In this document: in pieces, positions 13,672 to 25,859 of the stretch
Layout: each line of letters opens with the position of its first letter
Position numbering within the stretch: position 1 is the stretch's first letter
Assembly: GCA_951406725.2 (NCBI GenBank)
Contig: OX597829.1
Location: 21,018,001-21,082,000 of the forward strand
Reading direction: 5' to 3'
Length of the DNA: 64,000 nucleotides
Source of the DNA: Octopus vulgaris
Taxonomy: Eukaryota
Made by a program: the position numbers and the translations under genes
The notes under the pieces: generated by a model
Database searches by the model: none
Told to the model about the DNA's origin: nothing
What the model saw: only the letters and a program-made list of their open reading frames with translations

Positions 13672-14172
13672 CTCTATCCGCTCAGTCGAAGTCAACTCTT
13701 GGTCACTCATTGGATCAGTGTCCTCCAGTCAGTTCTATCCTGGGCTGCTTCCTTCAGACTGGCCATGTCCATTCCAGCATCACTCCTGATGGTGTCAAGC
13801 CAGCGGGTTCTTGGTCGGCCTCTTCCTCTCTTGCCACTGACCATTCCGAGCATGATGTCCTTCTCCGGGGATTCTCTCTGCATTATATGACCGAAATATG
13901 CCAATCTACGCTTGGTGATCCCAGCTTCTAGCGACATTTTCAGCCTTATCTGCTTAAGAACTTCTCCATTGGTGAGCTTCACTGTCCATGGAATCCGCAA
14001 AAGTCTTCTCCAACACAAAAGCATTAATTCGCTTCTGGTCAGCTTTCTTTAGTGTCCAGGTCTCGCATCCATATGTTGCTATTGGGAAGACAATTGCATT
14101 CACCAATCTGCATTTGGTAGCGAGTCTGATGTCTCTACTCTTCCAGACCCTGCTCATGCTGACCATTGCCTC
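13672..14172 (-). mobile_element. RTE (BovB-type) LINE 3' fragment, inserted in a SINE
   Basis: TKCRLVNAIVFPIATYGCETWTLKKAD / CWRRLLRIPW / YFGHIMQR...GKRGRGRPRTRWLD...QDRTDWR; (GA)n tail. Confidence 0.85.
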
Positions 14173-15512
14173 TCTGGTATTTATTCTATTTGTTTCTTGT
14201 GCTGAATTGTTAGTTTACAGGGAGGTAAACAAACCAACAAACAGACACACACACACACACTCATATACCACGAACTTTTGCACAGTTTCCTTCTACAAAT
14301 TCACCCTTAAAGCATTGGTTGGCCATGGCTATTGTAGAAAATACTGTAGCTGCCGCAGTATGGGAGTGAACTAAAAAAACAACACATTTGCAAAGTGACC
14401 TTCTTAACTACACTGTCATTTCTGCACCTATATGTTTGTGTGTGTGTGCATGCATGTGGGTGTTTATTCTGTCACAAGGAAGATTGTGACAGCCACCTTC
14501 TTATGGTCTTATGGCCACTTGGGACTTCTGGTCCTATATTATGTCTGGAAATCATATTGCTGAATATCCTTGAACAGGAATGACTTTAGATTATGAATGG
14601 TAAAAATCAAACAACTGCACTCAGAGGATTATTCCTTATGCTATCAAAATCTTTAAGGAAACTGAGTCTATTTTATCTAACCTGATCTTTGAAACAAGGA
14701 TTGTAAGATTGTAAGTGTAAGTTCTACACCTGATACAGAGGCAGGATACACACGCAACACTTGTCCCAATACAAATACAGTCGTACATGAGTCAGAGGTG
14801 GCATTAATGGATCCCAATGGGTAGAAAAACATGCAGAAGTATGTTGGTACAATATAAGGCCTTTACAAGTCCAGTAACCATAAGTCTTCCTTTAATGTCT
14901 AGGAGAGAGGTAATATCACAACCATGATTAAGGATCTATTGTTGTTAAAGCAAAGTGTCAAGGATTACAAGTAGAGAGTTCTGGAAAAGGGCAAGCCTTA
15001 ACAATAATAGAAAATGTAGGTTATGCCAAGCTAAGAAAAGAATTAATAATAATTAAAAAACTTTCTACACCCAAACACCTACCTAAATTGAATGAGTGAG
15101 ATTTTCTGCTCATGCATACATGAGAGAAAATATATTATTGCTTACCTGTAGTCTCCACCATGATTATAAATTCAAAGACTTCCACTATCAGCTTTTCACC
15201 ATCACAACCTGAGAGTCCAGTAAAGATCTGACCACACCATACCACACACATTAACACACCTATGCATATGCATCCATACACAAGGTTACGGTTTTATGCA
15301 CCCACACAATCCTCCTCTAAAACCACCCTACACATGTATCAACCCCTCCAAAAAGAAAAAGAATACCTACACTCATTTCGACCCCTTCTATCTCTGGTAA
15401 TCACAACTTACACAAGTTTCAGGTGGGGTGGAACAAGGGACATGACTCATGGTGAGTCCCTCCCATAATTGTGATTTTGTTTTGTCTTTATCACAGAATG
15501 CTCAAACTGGCC

Positions 15513-15583
15513 ATCTCTGATGAGCACTGTTATTGGATGATATCTGATTGTGTAATATTTTGTGCAAAACTGATTAGTAAGAT
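15513..15583 (+). ncRNA. Hammerhead motif (CpG-decayed)
   Basis: atct CTGATGA gcac...gtgc AAAAC tgatta GTA agat. Confidence 0.65.
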
Positions 15584-16239
15584 CAGCTAGAATGGGTCTA
15601 TAATAGTATAGTTTTATTGATACTCCTCAGCTATTTTTAGATATATCAGTGCCTGTTTTTTTTTTTTGACTAATGGATTGTCAGACAAGATATGCATTCA
15701 TGCACGCATACATACATATATACATACATACATACACACATACATACATACATACATACAAACAAACAAACAAAGTTTTGTCCAACTAAACTCTTCAAAG
15801 CAGTGCATCAGCATGGCCTGAGTCCAGTGACTGAAACAAGTAAAAGATAAAATATATATGTATGAGACATAGACCAATCATTATTACTTTTCTAAGCACC
15901 AAGAATATTGAAATAAATGATATGAAAGTTTCAAGAGGCAGTGTGTGTGTGGGTGGTGACATTGGGAAAATTTTAATTTTCGATTCTTTTTTAAAAATTG
16001 TTATCTTTCATGTTTTTAACACACAACTGGAAAAAATTAAATTCGATACATGTAAAAAAAAAAAAATAACAATCGATTGGTTGCATTCTCTGAAGGGGAG
16101 AAGGTATAGTGGTACAATATCAAAACTTTGAGTTATAAAATTTTTTGTTCTCTATAATCCTAATTTTAAACAGAAATTTTCAAGAAAAAAAAATGTTGCA
16201 GGTGGATGGATGGGTGCGGGGTGAGGGTAGGGTGGTCAT

Positions 16240-16495
16240 TTTTGTTCTGAAACTCCGTCCTAAATATATTAATCCACGGTATGGTCACAGGTGAAAACGC
16301 ATTTCAACATAGACTAACTCGATCACGACTGACTGCTAAACAACAGCCCGACTTTTGTTTCAGACTGCGGTCGAATTGTTTAGGGGTTAAGTGTTATGGT
16401 AATCACCGGTAGCATTGTCAAACAAAAAGAGGAAGTGATTCGTTTTGATGAAAATATAAAAGTGGAGTGCCTGTTGGAGCCATAATTATACCTCA
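16240..16495 (+). promoter_or_regulatory. Putative DFFB promoter/5'UTR
   Basis: Locally CpG-retaining, non-repetitive sequence with an ETS core AGGAAGTG at 16430-16437, just upstream of the ATG. Confidence 0.5.
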
Positions 16496-16621
16496 ATGGC
16501 GTGGTTTAAAAACACTTTCTTGAACAGTCCATACAAAATCCGAGGTATACAAGAACAGAAGTATGGAGTCTCGGTCAATAGTTTGGACACATTAATTTCG
16601 GAGGGATCTAAAAAATTGAAT
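16496..16621 (+). CDS. DFFB: DNA fragmentation factor beta (CAD/DFF40), coding exon 1; first half of the CIDE-N domain
   Basis: The ATG at 16496 opens MAWFKNTFLNSPYKIRGIQEQKYGVSVNSLDTLISEGSKKLN (CIDE-N pattern PxKIR..QKYGV..L..LI..G.KKL). It ends AAT|gtaagt (126 nt, phase 0), in frame with exon 2. Confidence 0.88.
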
Positions 16622-17117
16622 GTAAGTCCTCAAATCATAAACATCGTATGAATGCATGTGCGTGTTTGTGTGGTGATCGCTTATAAGCATTAAGCTTATA
16701 AATTATTATTATTATTATTATTATTTACAGAATTGTAAAAATCGCCACTGCTTGGTGCAGGTGTAGCCGTGGTAAGAAACTTGCTTCCCAACGACATAGT
16801 TCCGGGCTCAGTCCCACTGCGTGACAGATTGGGCAAGTGTCTTCTACTATATCCTCAAGCCGATCAAGGCCTTGTGAGTGGATTTGATAGACGGAAACTG
16901 AAAGAAGCCCGTCGTATATATGTATATATTTGTGTGTGTGTGTGTGTTTGTCTTCCCGCCATCACCTGACAACCGATGCTAGTGTCTACACCAAATAAGT
17001 ACTAGGCTTGCAGAATGAGTCATGGGGTCGATTTCTTCGACTAAACACCCTTTAAGGCGGTGCTTTAGCGTGGCCGCAGTCAAATGACTGAAACAAATAA
17101 ACAGAATCATATATATG

Positions 17118-17495
17118 AGTGGCTGTGTGGTAAGTAGCTTGCTAACCAACCACATGGTTCCGGGTTCAGTCCCACTGCGTGGCATCTTGGGCAAGTGTCT
17201 TCTGCTATAGCCCCGGGCCGACCAATGCCTTGTGAGTGGATTTGGTAGACGGAAACTGAAAGAAGCCTGTCGTATATATGTATATATATATATATGTGTG
17301 TCTGTGTTTGTCCCCCTAGCATTGCTTGACAACCGATGCTGGTGTGTTTACGTCCCCGTCACTTAGCGGTTCGGCAAATGAGACCGATATAATAAGTACT
17401 GGGCTTACAAAGAATAAGTCCCGGGGTCGATTTGCTCGACTAAAGGCGGTGCTCCAGCATGGCCGCAGTCAAATGACTGAAACAAGTAAAAGAGT
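17118..17495 (+). mobile_element. tRNA-head SINE family A with an internal (TA)/(TG) tract; copies at ~1478-1826(-), 11880-12100, 12880-13250, 16757-17105, 24636-25118, 25120-25482(-), 34850-35170, 35925-36560(-), 36985-37330, 41122-41420, 42863-43290(-), 53345-53760(-), 54400-54820, 55258-55872, 60706-61110
   Basis: Recurrent ~370-bp unit gagtggctgtgtggtaagtagc...ggttcagtcccactg...gtgagtggatttggtagacggaaactgaaagaagc...ggtgctccagcatggccgcagtcaaatgactgaaaca, with A/B-box-like head. Confidence 0.9.
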
Positions 17496-18229
17496 ATATA
17501 TATATATATGTATGTATGTGTATATCTGCGTGCCTGTGTGCACGCGCACGTGCATTCATTGCATTTTGGGTGCTCCATCAGTTTATAAGAATAGTCAAAT
17601 CGATGTATTTTCAGTTTTACTAGCTATATGATGATTCAACTCACTCCAATATGAAGCTAGAAAAGTATGACACGTTCGATAGTATTTTATAACAATATTT
17701 TTTTCTACTTGTGCATACATATCTTACAGTTGCGAAAGTATAACCAAACGAAATTGAATCAACTTAATATAGTCTCGTTTTTTTTTTAACGTTTAAGTGA
17801 ATTATTTATGTCGTTGAATTAGCAATGTATACAAAGCAAAGCATTTAAAGCTTTAGATCACATTTAAAAAAAAAAATGAGACCTGAAGTGATGCTCAAAT
17901 TTTAATTCTGTCTGATATATAAGAAAGGGAATAATTTACGAATGAAGAAAGGGGACAATTACGAATGAATATGTAGAAAAAAAAATCAAGACCGACAAAA
18001 GATGATCGAATCGTCTTACTGTGTACTTCACCGCATCTAGGATTTCTACATCGTTCGACCTGCTTAGAATAGCAATCAAATTTCTTCAAAATACACCTTT
18101 TTGGTTAAAAAAAAACACAAAAAAAAAGCAAAACAAACTCATTGTACAAATATAGCGCTATACAAAAAGACGGGAAGGTCTTGGCTTATATGCCTTTTAT
18201 GATGGGTCTAAGCAATCTTGTTTGAAGCA

Positions 18230-18360
18230 GACGATTTCGAACAACCACGGCGACAATAACGAAACGGAAGTGACGTAACAGCCGACTCTCATTGTGTACA
18301 AACACACATGTTTGTACACAATGACGTTCTCTTCTATTGTTTACACGTGATAGCAGCTAA
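18230..18360. promoter_or_regulatory. Second promoter-like element: ETS-CRE motif, perfect palindrome, FOX/E-box
   Basis: CGGAAGTGACGT at 18265-18276; 16-bp perfect inverted repeat 18289-18304/18309-18324; TGTTTACACGTG near 18338-18349; CpG-rich context. Confidence 0.55.
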
Positions 18361-18414
18361 AATCAAGCTGAATAAATTACCTTTGTATTATATTTTATGA
18401 ATATAGAAAAATTG

Positions 18415-18684
18415 GGCGATCTTTCGTCTCTAGTAGACCTTTCCGTCGATTTCCGTAAAAATTTTTTTTTTTTTTTACATATGGGCTTGCGGGAACTTTT
18501 GAAGTAATGAGAGCGAAAGAGACTAAGAGAAAGCGATTGTATGACGAGGGAAGTTCTTTTGAAGTTACCGTGCATGTGAAGCATTGATGTACATGTGTTT
18601 GTGTGTGTGTGTTTGATGAGGTGTGGGAGACAGACAGTATGTTGTGTAATCGACGGAAAGGTCTACTAGAGACGAAAGATCGCC
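18415..18684. mobile_element. 270-bp MITE, Merlin-like
   Basis: Perfect 37-bp TIRs starting GGCGA; perfect 8-bp TSD aaaaattg (18407-18414, 18685-18692). Confidence 0.85.
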
Positions 18685-20136
18685 AAAAATTGCACCTAAG
18701 AATTCACTACGGGTGTAAAAACTAACGGTGTGGCAATTTCAGCTTCCTCCTACACGCATTTAGTTTGTATCTTGGTAATTTGTAATTACATTCTTTAAAT
18801 TATTTTGCGTTGATAATTCGACATCGTTTCATCATAACCCTATGATTTTAGATTAGTCACTTTAAATCCTTCCCCAAACGTTCGTCGCTCTGGTGGCAAA
18901 GAAAAAAAATTATTTTTATTTATTATCATTAAGAAGGCGGTGTGCTGGCCGAAACGTTAGCACGCCGGGGAAAATGCTTAATAGCATTTTGTCCGTCTTT
19001 ACGTTCTGGGTTCAAATTCCATCGAGATCGACTTTACTTTTCATTCTTTCAGAATTGATAAATTAAGTACCAGTCAAGTACTGGGGTCGATATGATCAAC
19101 TTCAAGTTCCAGGCCTTGCGCCTATAGTAGAAAGGGTTATGGCATTATTATAATTAAGGTGGTGAGTTGGCAGAATCGTAAGCATTTTGTCCGTCTTCAA
19201 ATTTCACCTAGATCGACTTTGCTTTTCATCTTTTCGGGATCGATAAAATATGTACCAGTTTGAAAACTGTGATTGATGTAATCGACTTACACCCTCCCTC
19301 GAAACTGTTAGCCTTGTACCAAAATTTGAAACCATTATATTGGTACTCTTTCGGTAAAAGTCTATGATGTCATTAACGAGACAGAACAGTCAAATATACA
19401 CTCGCGCGCACACTCACTCATGACTAATGACTCGAAACGTTGCCGATATATTCTTTTTTTAACTTACAATAATTTACAAATAGCATCAGAAAAAAACTAG
19501 AGATTTTTGTCAAGGGAGATAATGTGCCAAATCAGTAATGTGTTCGTGTTGGGTACACGTGTATTTGTATATAAATACGTGTCATTGGCGTTTAAAGTGT
19601 ATAAATGTATTTGTTTTGTATATAAAGACACGTTCGCATTCAAAGTGCATTAATACATTTTATTTTGTATATAAATATAATTTGTTTACATCGTAAGGGT
19701 ATGTGTTTTAATCCAAATCAGTTTCTCATAAAGAAAAATAAATGTTTATATTTTTAAAAAGTACAGAGTGAGAATGTTTGATGTTCAAAATTTTCTTTTT
19801 GACTTTTTGGCTTGTTTTTAAAGGCAGGGTGGGGCAAAATTAGAAGCCGGGATAAAATGAAGTCAGGTGGAAGGCCTCTGTTTTCAAGAAACTTTTTCCC
19901 AACTTTGACCCGATTGTAACTGAGGTTGCTAATAAAATATCTGGATAATTTTTTGGTCTTTAACAATCAATATTCTTTTGGAAAGACTTCCGCCCGCCCC
20001 CACCATTTTCTCCCAAATTTGTTTATTTTTGTTATTTTTTTCGGATACGGAGATTCCGGAAAATTGCCAAAAATTGGCATTGTGAAATCCCCACTTTCCT
20101 CCCAAACTTCTTCAATGTTGACTTTTTTCCCCAACA

Positions 20137-20252
20137 CTAACCCTAAAACCCAAACCCTAACCTTAAAACCGTAACCCTGACCCCCAAAACCGTAACCCTG
20201 ACCCCCAAAACCGTAACCGTAATCCTAAAACCCTTACCCTAACACCGTAACT
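20137..20252. repeat. Degenerate telomere-like (TAACCC) tandem array
   Basis: taaccctaaaacccaaaccctaacc, then 20-bp units aaaaccgtaaccctgacccc. Confidence 0.7.
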
Positions 20253-20504
20253 GTAAGTACAGAAATGTTTTGAAATTTTTGTCTGAGTCATGATGTCCGT
20301 ATTTTTCCGGACTTTATTTAATCAAGATACTCTTGGCCTGAAGTATACACCACACTGCAGTGAGGTGTATACTGCAGGCTACTGCAATATACACCTCACT
20401 TGGATATTTACCATTTTTGAGATTCCGCTCACTATGAAACATATGTAGCCTGAATTTTATCTACACCATTCCTTAACTCTTGGATATATTTATATATATA
20501 ATAA

Positions 20505-20729
20505 ATTCTGTTGTGTCTGGGGAGAGTAATTCTCTTTTAGTACCTTATTATTTAACACACTCACCGGTAAAATTTCCACTTATTTCGTCTTTTTATTTTC
20601 CTAAAATTTTCGTTGCGTCTTGCAACCTTTTCAATAGTCTTGACTCTCAATAAGTGGAAATTTTACCGGTGAGTGTGTTAAATAATAAGGTACTAAAAGA
20701 GAATTACTCTCCCCAGACACAACAGAATA
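20505..20729. repeat. Perfect ~80-bp inverted repeat (PLE-type inverted terminus); related copy at 45850-46055
   Basis: attctgttgtgtctggggagagtaattctc...atttccacttatt and its exact reverse complement at ~20649-20729. Confidence 0.9.
20601..20637 (-). ncRNA. Divergent minimal hammerhead motif in the loop of an 80-bp inverted repeat
   Basis: Minus strand: cta TTGAAAA g gttgc-aagac-gcaac GAAA attt tag. Stem II is perfect, but two core bases differ from CUGANGA. Confidence 0.45.
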
Positions 20730-22365
20730 TGCTTCAACATACTAACTCATATAAAGAATCTTGCAAACAAAATCCCAAAACGAAATATATAATAAATATT
20801 TTGGATTAATAGGTATAAGTTGATTAGTGTGTTTAAATGTTGAGTGGAGCACCGGCACGGTTTAGGCTATCTGTTGTCATCCACTATTATGGTACACTTC
20901 TGTTGGGTTACTTCAGGAACTCTGCAGTGTCAGTTAGTGTAATTTATTAATTAACATGAAATGGATTTGGTAATAAAACTATATTCCATACAACGTATGT
21001 TTTGACCCATCCTGCTATTCTCCTTTATTATCAAATCCAGCTCCTGTTATTTGATTAATAAATTCATCATCATCATCCACTTTCCATGCTGGCATGGGTT
21101 GGACCATTTGACTGAAGACTGACAAGCCAGTAGACTGCACCAAGCTTCAATCTGATCTGGCAAGGTTTCTACAGCTGGATGCCCTTCATGATATCAACCG
21201 CTCCAAGAGTGGGTGTTTTTTTATATGCCACTGGCATGAGAGCCAGTCAGGGGCACTGGCATCGACCACATTCGGATGGTGCCTTTTATGTGCCACTGGC
21301 ACGAAAGCCAGTCAGGGAGCACTGGCAAAGACCATCTTTGGATGATGCTTTTTACATGCCACCAGCATGGGTGCCAGTCAGGTGGCACTGGCAACGACTA
21401 CGATTTCGATTTCACTTGAGTCAACAGGTCTTCTGAAGCACATCATATTACCCAACACTTCAAGAGTACTTTTAAATGGACCGGTTATGCAGCACTGGTA
21501 TTGGCTATGGCTGCAATCTCACTTTATGGACGGCTTTTAAGCTAGTATGTAGCTTTTGAGCAACTAACCCCGAATGGGATGATCTGCAACCAGATTTCTG
21601 ACTTATTCTGGACAATTTGTTACAATTGCTTCCTCCAGAGTCATATCCTAATCATGATTATATTCATCGCTAAAAATCATTTAAAAACAATCACTGAAAA
21701 CAATTGCAGTAATGAAAACATAGGGATCCAAAATTTCAGGCCTGGATTCAGCCCAGAATGCTTTTAATTTACTCATGGAGTCAGCCTGATTCCAAAATGG
21801 TATGATATGTTGGACTATGGCTTCTAAGAGTAAAGTTGGAAAAGTGTGACACACTGACATTCACATTTATTGTACTAGATATGTTTAATTTTGGAGAAAT
21901 TGTATTTCAATTAAAGTGTATTTTATGTGTGTGTGTGTGTATGTATATGTAGATATGTACACACACACATGTATTAAAGAAAGCAAAAAAATGAAACAAA
22001 AATGATAGCGTTCAGTAGTTGGTTCAGTATGCTGGCCACAGGAATTTCTAGCCAGGAAAGTTGTACATCTCTCTATTTCTCTCACATACCCACACACACT
22101 CTCTCTCTCTTATTACTCCCATTGCCACCTTCAACACTACTACTCTTAATAAAATATCATCAACTCTCCCTAAATTTCTTTGTCTCTCTCTTTCTCTCCC
22201 TCTCTTTTTCCTTCTTTCTCTCTCTCTCTCTGTCTGCCTTCACCACTGCCCCCACCGTCTCTATGCCTACTATTACTCTCATCCCAGCAGGAGGAAGTGT
22301 CATTGAATAGTGAGACAGGGTGTCAAAGTGTGATATACTGACACACAGAAATTAGTTTTCACATT

Positions 22366-22399
<34 letters not shown>

Positions 22400-22400
<1 letters not shown>

Positions 22401-24620
22401 CAGTCAGTAGTTCAGACATCCAAAAGGAAGTTCACTCTAAAACTCTAGAGCTGTAATACTAAGAAGGTTGTCCCTTATGACTAGTTAGAAAGTAAACATA
22501 GCTTTTGCACCTATAAATCTCTTTGTGCTATAGGTGACTCGTGAAACTCATTGAGTGGAGGTTCATAATCTCTCTGCAACTGGAGGGAGAAAGATGTGTT
22601 GGTAAGTTGGCGTTGTAAATAAAAAATTCCAAAATGAAATTCTACTGTATGACAATACTTGTGGATGAGGTAAAATTATCCTCCTTAGATCGGTTCCAGT
22701 TGGATCTAAAAGAGTCAGTGTATGGACGATTACTTTCCCTAGTCAGCAAATGGGGAATTCCATGTTTCTAACATGAATTTCCTCTGATAAGGGCACTAAC
22801 TAAACATCTCTTTTTTGAAGTTTAAGAAAGTCCCCTCATCAAGTGAATTTTTTCAGGATTCTTGCTCTCTTGATGAAGCAAAACTTACATTGTTTGCTCC
22901 TATTGAGGTTTGGTCCTGGTTGTTCTAGGAGCTTCTATTTAATTATGTATGGTGTACCCTCCTCTTTTAAATGCCATACATAGCTGGCCAAGGACGTGGT
23001 GCTGTGGCTCTCTGGTATCCTAGAATAGGACCTGTGATTGTTAGGATATTGCTTGAACAGACCCTCTGTAGGTCTGACATATTTCTATGCCTGTGCTCTT
23101 GTACTGGTGGTATTGCAGCTATTGTTGCTATTATTATTGCTGGTGCAGCTGATGGTTTCACTGCTGTTATTGCTGGATGCAATGCTAGTGCTGTGGTTGT
23201 TGCTGTTGTTGCCACCATCTCTACCACTGCATCCTGCTATTATTGGATGCATTGTTGTTGCTACTACTGCCTCATGTACTGTTGGTGTTACTGTCACCAC
23301 AGTTGCAATTGTTGCTGTTGCTGCCATTCTTGGATGTGTTGGCACTGTTGCCAATGCTGTCATGCTGTCATTGCTGTTCATAAACCATGACTTAGGAGTT
23401 GCGTTGACACCAGCCCTCCCTACTGGGTACTCATTGCTAACCCTGCATGAGCATCCTGCCTCTGAACAGGGTTTAGGGGTGTTCACTGATACTTTTTAAT
23501 GCTGGACACACAGCTGAAAGTGACCCTTAAGTTGTGTCTATTAAACAATCACCTGTACATGTGACTGTGTGAAATGTTTGTCCACTCACCTAAGGACTAT
23601 TCTTCTCATGCAGATCTTGATACCAAGTGATAAGAGTGGAGCAAGCCAAACAACTGTACGGTGGTGCTTCCTTTCATTGGTATAAGGACCTGACATATAA
23701 ATGTGATCCTTAAACCATTGGCTGCCAATGCCTCATTGTAATAGGTGGCTGCAGTGTCAATAATTTCTTTACTCTGGGACAAATTCAAAATCCTTTTACT
23801 GATACCCATCACTTGGGTCACCAGAAGCTGTGTTGATAAAGGACAACCTTTTGTTTGGTTTGCAGTAGGGCCTGCATGAACAGGTATCAAGGTAATGTCT
23901 ATAAAGTTAACAATGGTATATAAAGTTAACAATGGTAAGATTGGTTTCAATTGTAAGGCCAAGAGAGCTAAAAGTATGAATTAAATCCTTCCTAATCCTA
24001 TCTAGGTATGCTCATTAGCACCTCTAGAGATGGCTAAAGCTTCATCTCTGTATAGACCAAAGAGGACTGATGGAAACTTCTTTGTTAAGGTGTCCAGTTT
24101 ATACAATCCTATGAGGTCATAGATATCCATGCTACTGAAGGCCTCTGTCATGATATCAAAGGAGCCTATTTGGTCAGTTTGTTTGACCTAGGCCAAACCT
24201 TTATTGAACAGCAACATTTTCTTAGCATGCATAATTGCATCTATATCTTTATAACTAATGGTAGTAAAATTCGTAGTGAACATAAGCACCTTAACTAGTA
24301 ACTCCTTTGATATAAATAGATAAAATTGGGTAAACCTTGCCCTGCCTCTACCCTGGTTAGCTTTAAACCATGAAACAACTTCATTGGTATTATGCCATAA
24401 GGATGGATTGGATGCCCTTCTTATGTCGTTTTTGAGATCTTTCTCAGTATATGTTTGTTTGTCAGCCTGATTTCCTGTTTAGCTGGGTTCATCAGGCAGT
24501 ATTTTGGGTTAGAGGCAAAGTTTGGTTTTTGGTCCTTGATGATGACAAGGGGCATTTCTCTTAGTTAATGCTTCCACCTCATCAGCTGTCCTGAGAGTGG
24601 TTAACTGTTTGGCCTTGTTG
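22400..24620 (-). mobile_element. Penelope-like element relic with split GIY-YIG
   Basis: RT remnants (LYRDEALAI, VNFIDITL, YYNEAL) and endonuclease KYVRPTEGLFKQYPNNHRSYSR...SLASYVWHLKEEG...CKFCF. Confidence 0.8.
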
Positions 24621-25859
24621 TTTACATTTTATAGGAGTAGGGCTGGTTGTGTGATAGGAAATTTGCTTCCCAACCACATGGTTCTGGGTTCACTCCCAGT
24701 GCATAGAACCTTGGGCAAGTGTCTTCTACTATAGCCTCAGGCTACCAAAAACCTTCTGAGTGGAATTGGTAGATAGAAACTGAAAGAAACTTCAGTTCTA
24801 TACTTTAGAGAAGAGGAATTATGTACATTATTTACATTTGATGGATATATGAAGGTTGGAGGGTATATCAGCCAAAACGTGTTAACAACAAACAAGATGA
24901 GGACAAATATCCGTCAAATGTAAATAATGAAAGAAGCTTGTTGTTTATACGTGTGAGTGTGTGTGTGTGTTTGCAGTTTGGGAAAAGAGACTGTTAGAAT
25001 AAGTACCAGGTTAAAGGAAAACACAAATAAAGTACTGGAATCAATTTGTTCAACTCAAATTCTTCAAGGCAGTGTCCCAGTTTGGCTGCAGACTGAAACA
25101 ATTAAAAGCTAAAAGATATACTCTTTTACTTGTTTCAGTCATTTGACTGTGGCCATGCTGGAGCACCGCCTTTAGTCAAGCAAATTGACCCCAGGACTTA
25201 TTCTTTATAAGCCTAGTACTTATTCTATTGGTTTTTTTTTTTCCAATCTGCTAAGTTACAGGGACGTAAACACTCTAGCATTGGTTGTCAAGCGATGTTG
25301 GGGGGACAAACACAGACGCACAAACATACACACACACATATACATATATACGACAGGCTTCTTTCAGTTTCCGTCTACCAAATCCACTCACAAGGCTTTG
25401 GTCGGCCCAAGGTGACACACAGTGGGATTGAACCCGGAACCATGTGGCTGGTAAGTGAGCTACTTACCACACAGCCACTCCTATGCCTGTGTATGTATGT
25501 ATATTGTAGTAAATCAAGTAGCTGCAATGTCTATTTGGGAAAAGATCACTTCATTAATGCATTAAGCTAAAAACAATATTCTTTAGAGTTAAGCAAAACA
25601 AAATCACTCTGGAAGCTATCACAAGTGTGATAGATGCACATCTACCTTGTCAGAGCCATGGTGGGTCTGAAGTATATTATGTTTTTAAGACAGTGCATTG
25701 ACAAAAGGATCTTTTTCTGGATGAACACTGCAACAACTGACTTGTCTATGATATACATACTTTAACTTAAAGCTTAAGTATGTAATATGAATAAAGAGTT
25801 TAATCTAGAGCTGCTTCTACAGCAAAATTTTAATTTAATCACATCAATGTGGAAGGATG

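Noticed and set aside
15147-15208. Minus-strand exon-like segments (15147-15208, 6716-6749, 4432-4462)
   Set aside because: The splice signals are plausible, but the segments lie in or beside PLE/RTE remnants or give no recognisable peptide, so they were left out of the gene model.
20137-20252. True interstitial telomere or chromosome fusion site
   Set aside because: The array is short, degenerate and organised in 20-bp higher-order units, with no head-to-head TTAGGG/CCCTAA junction.
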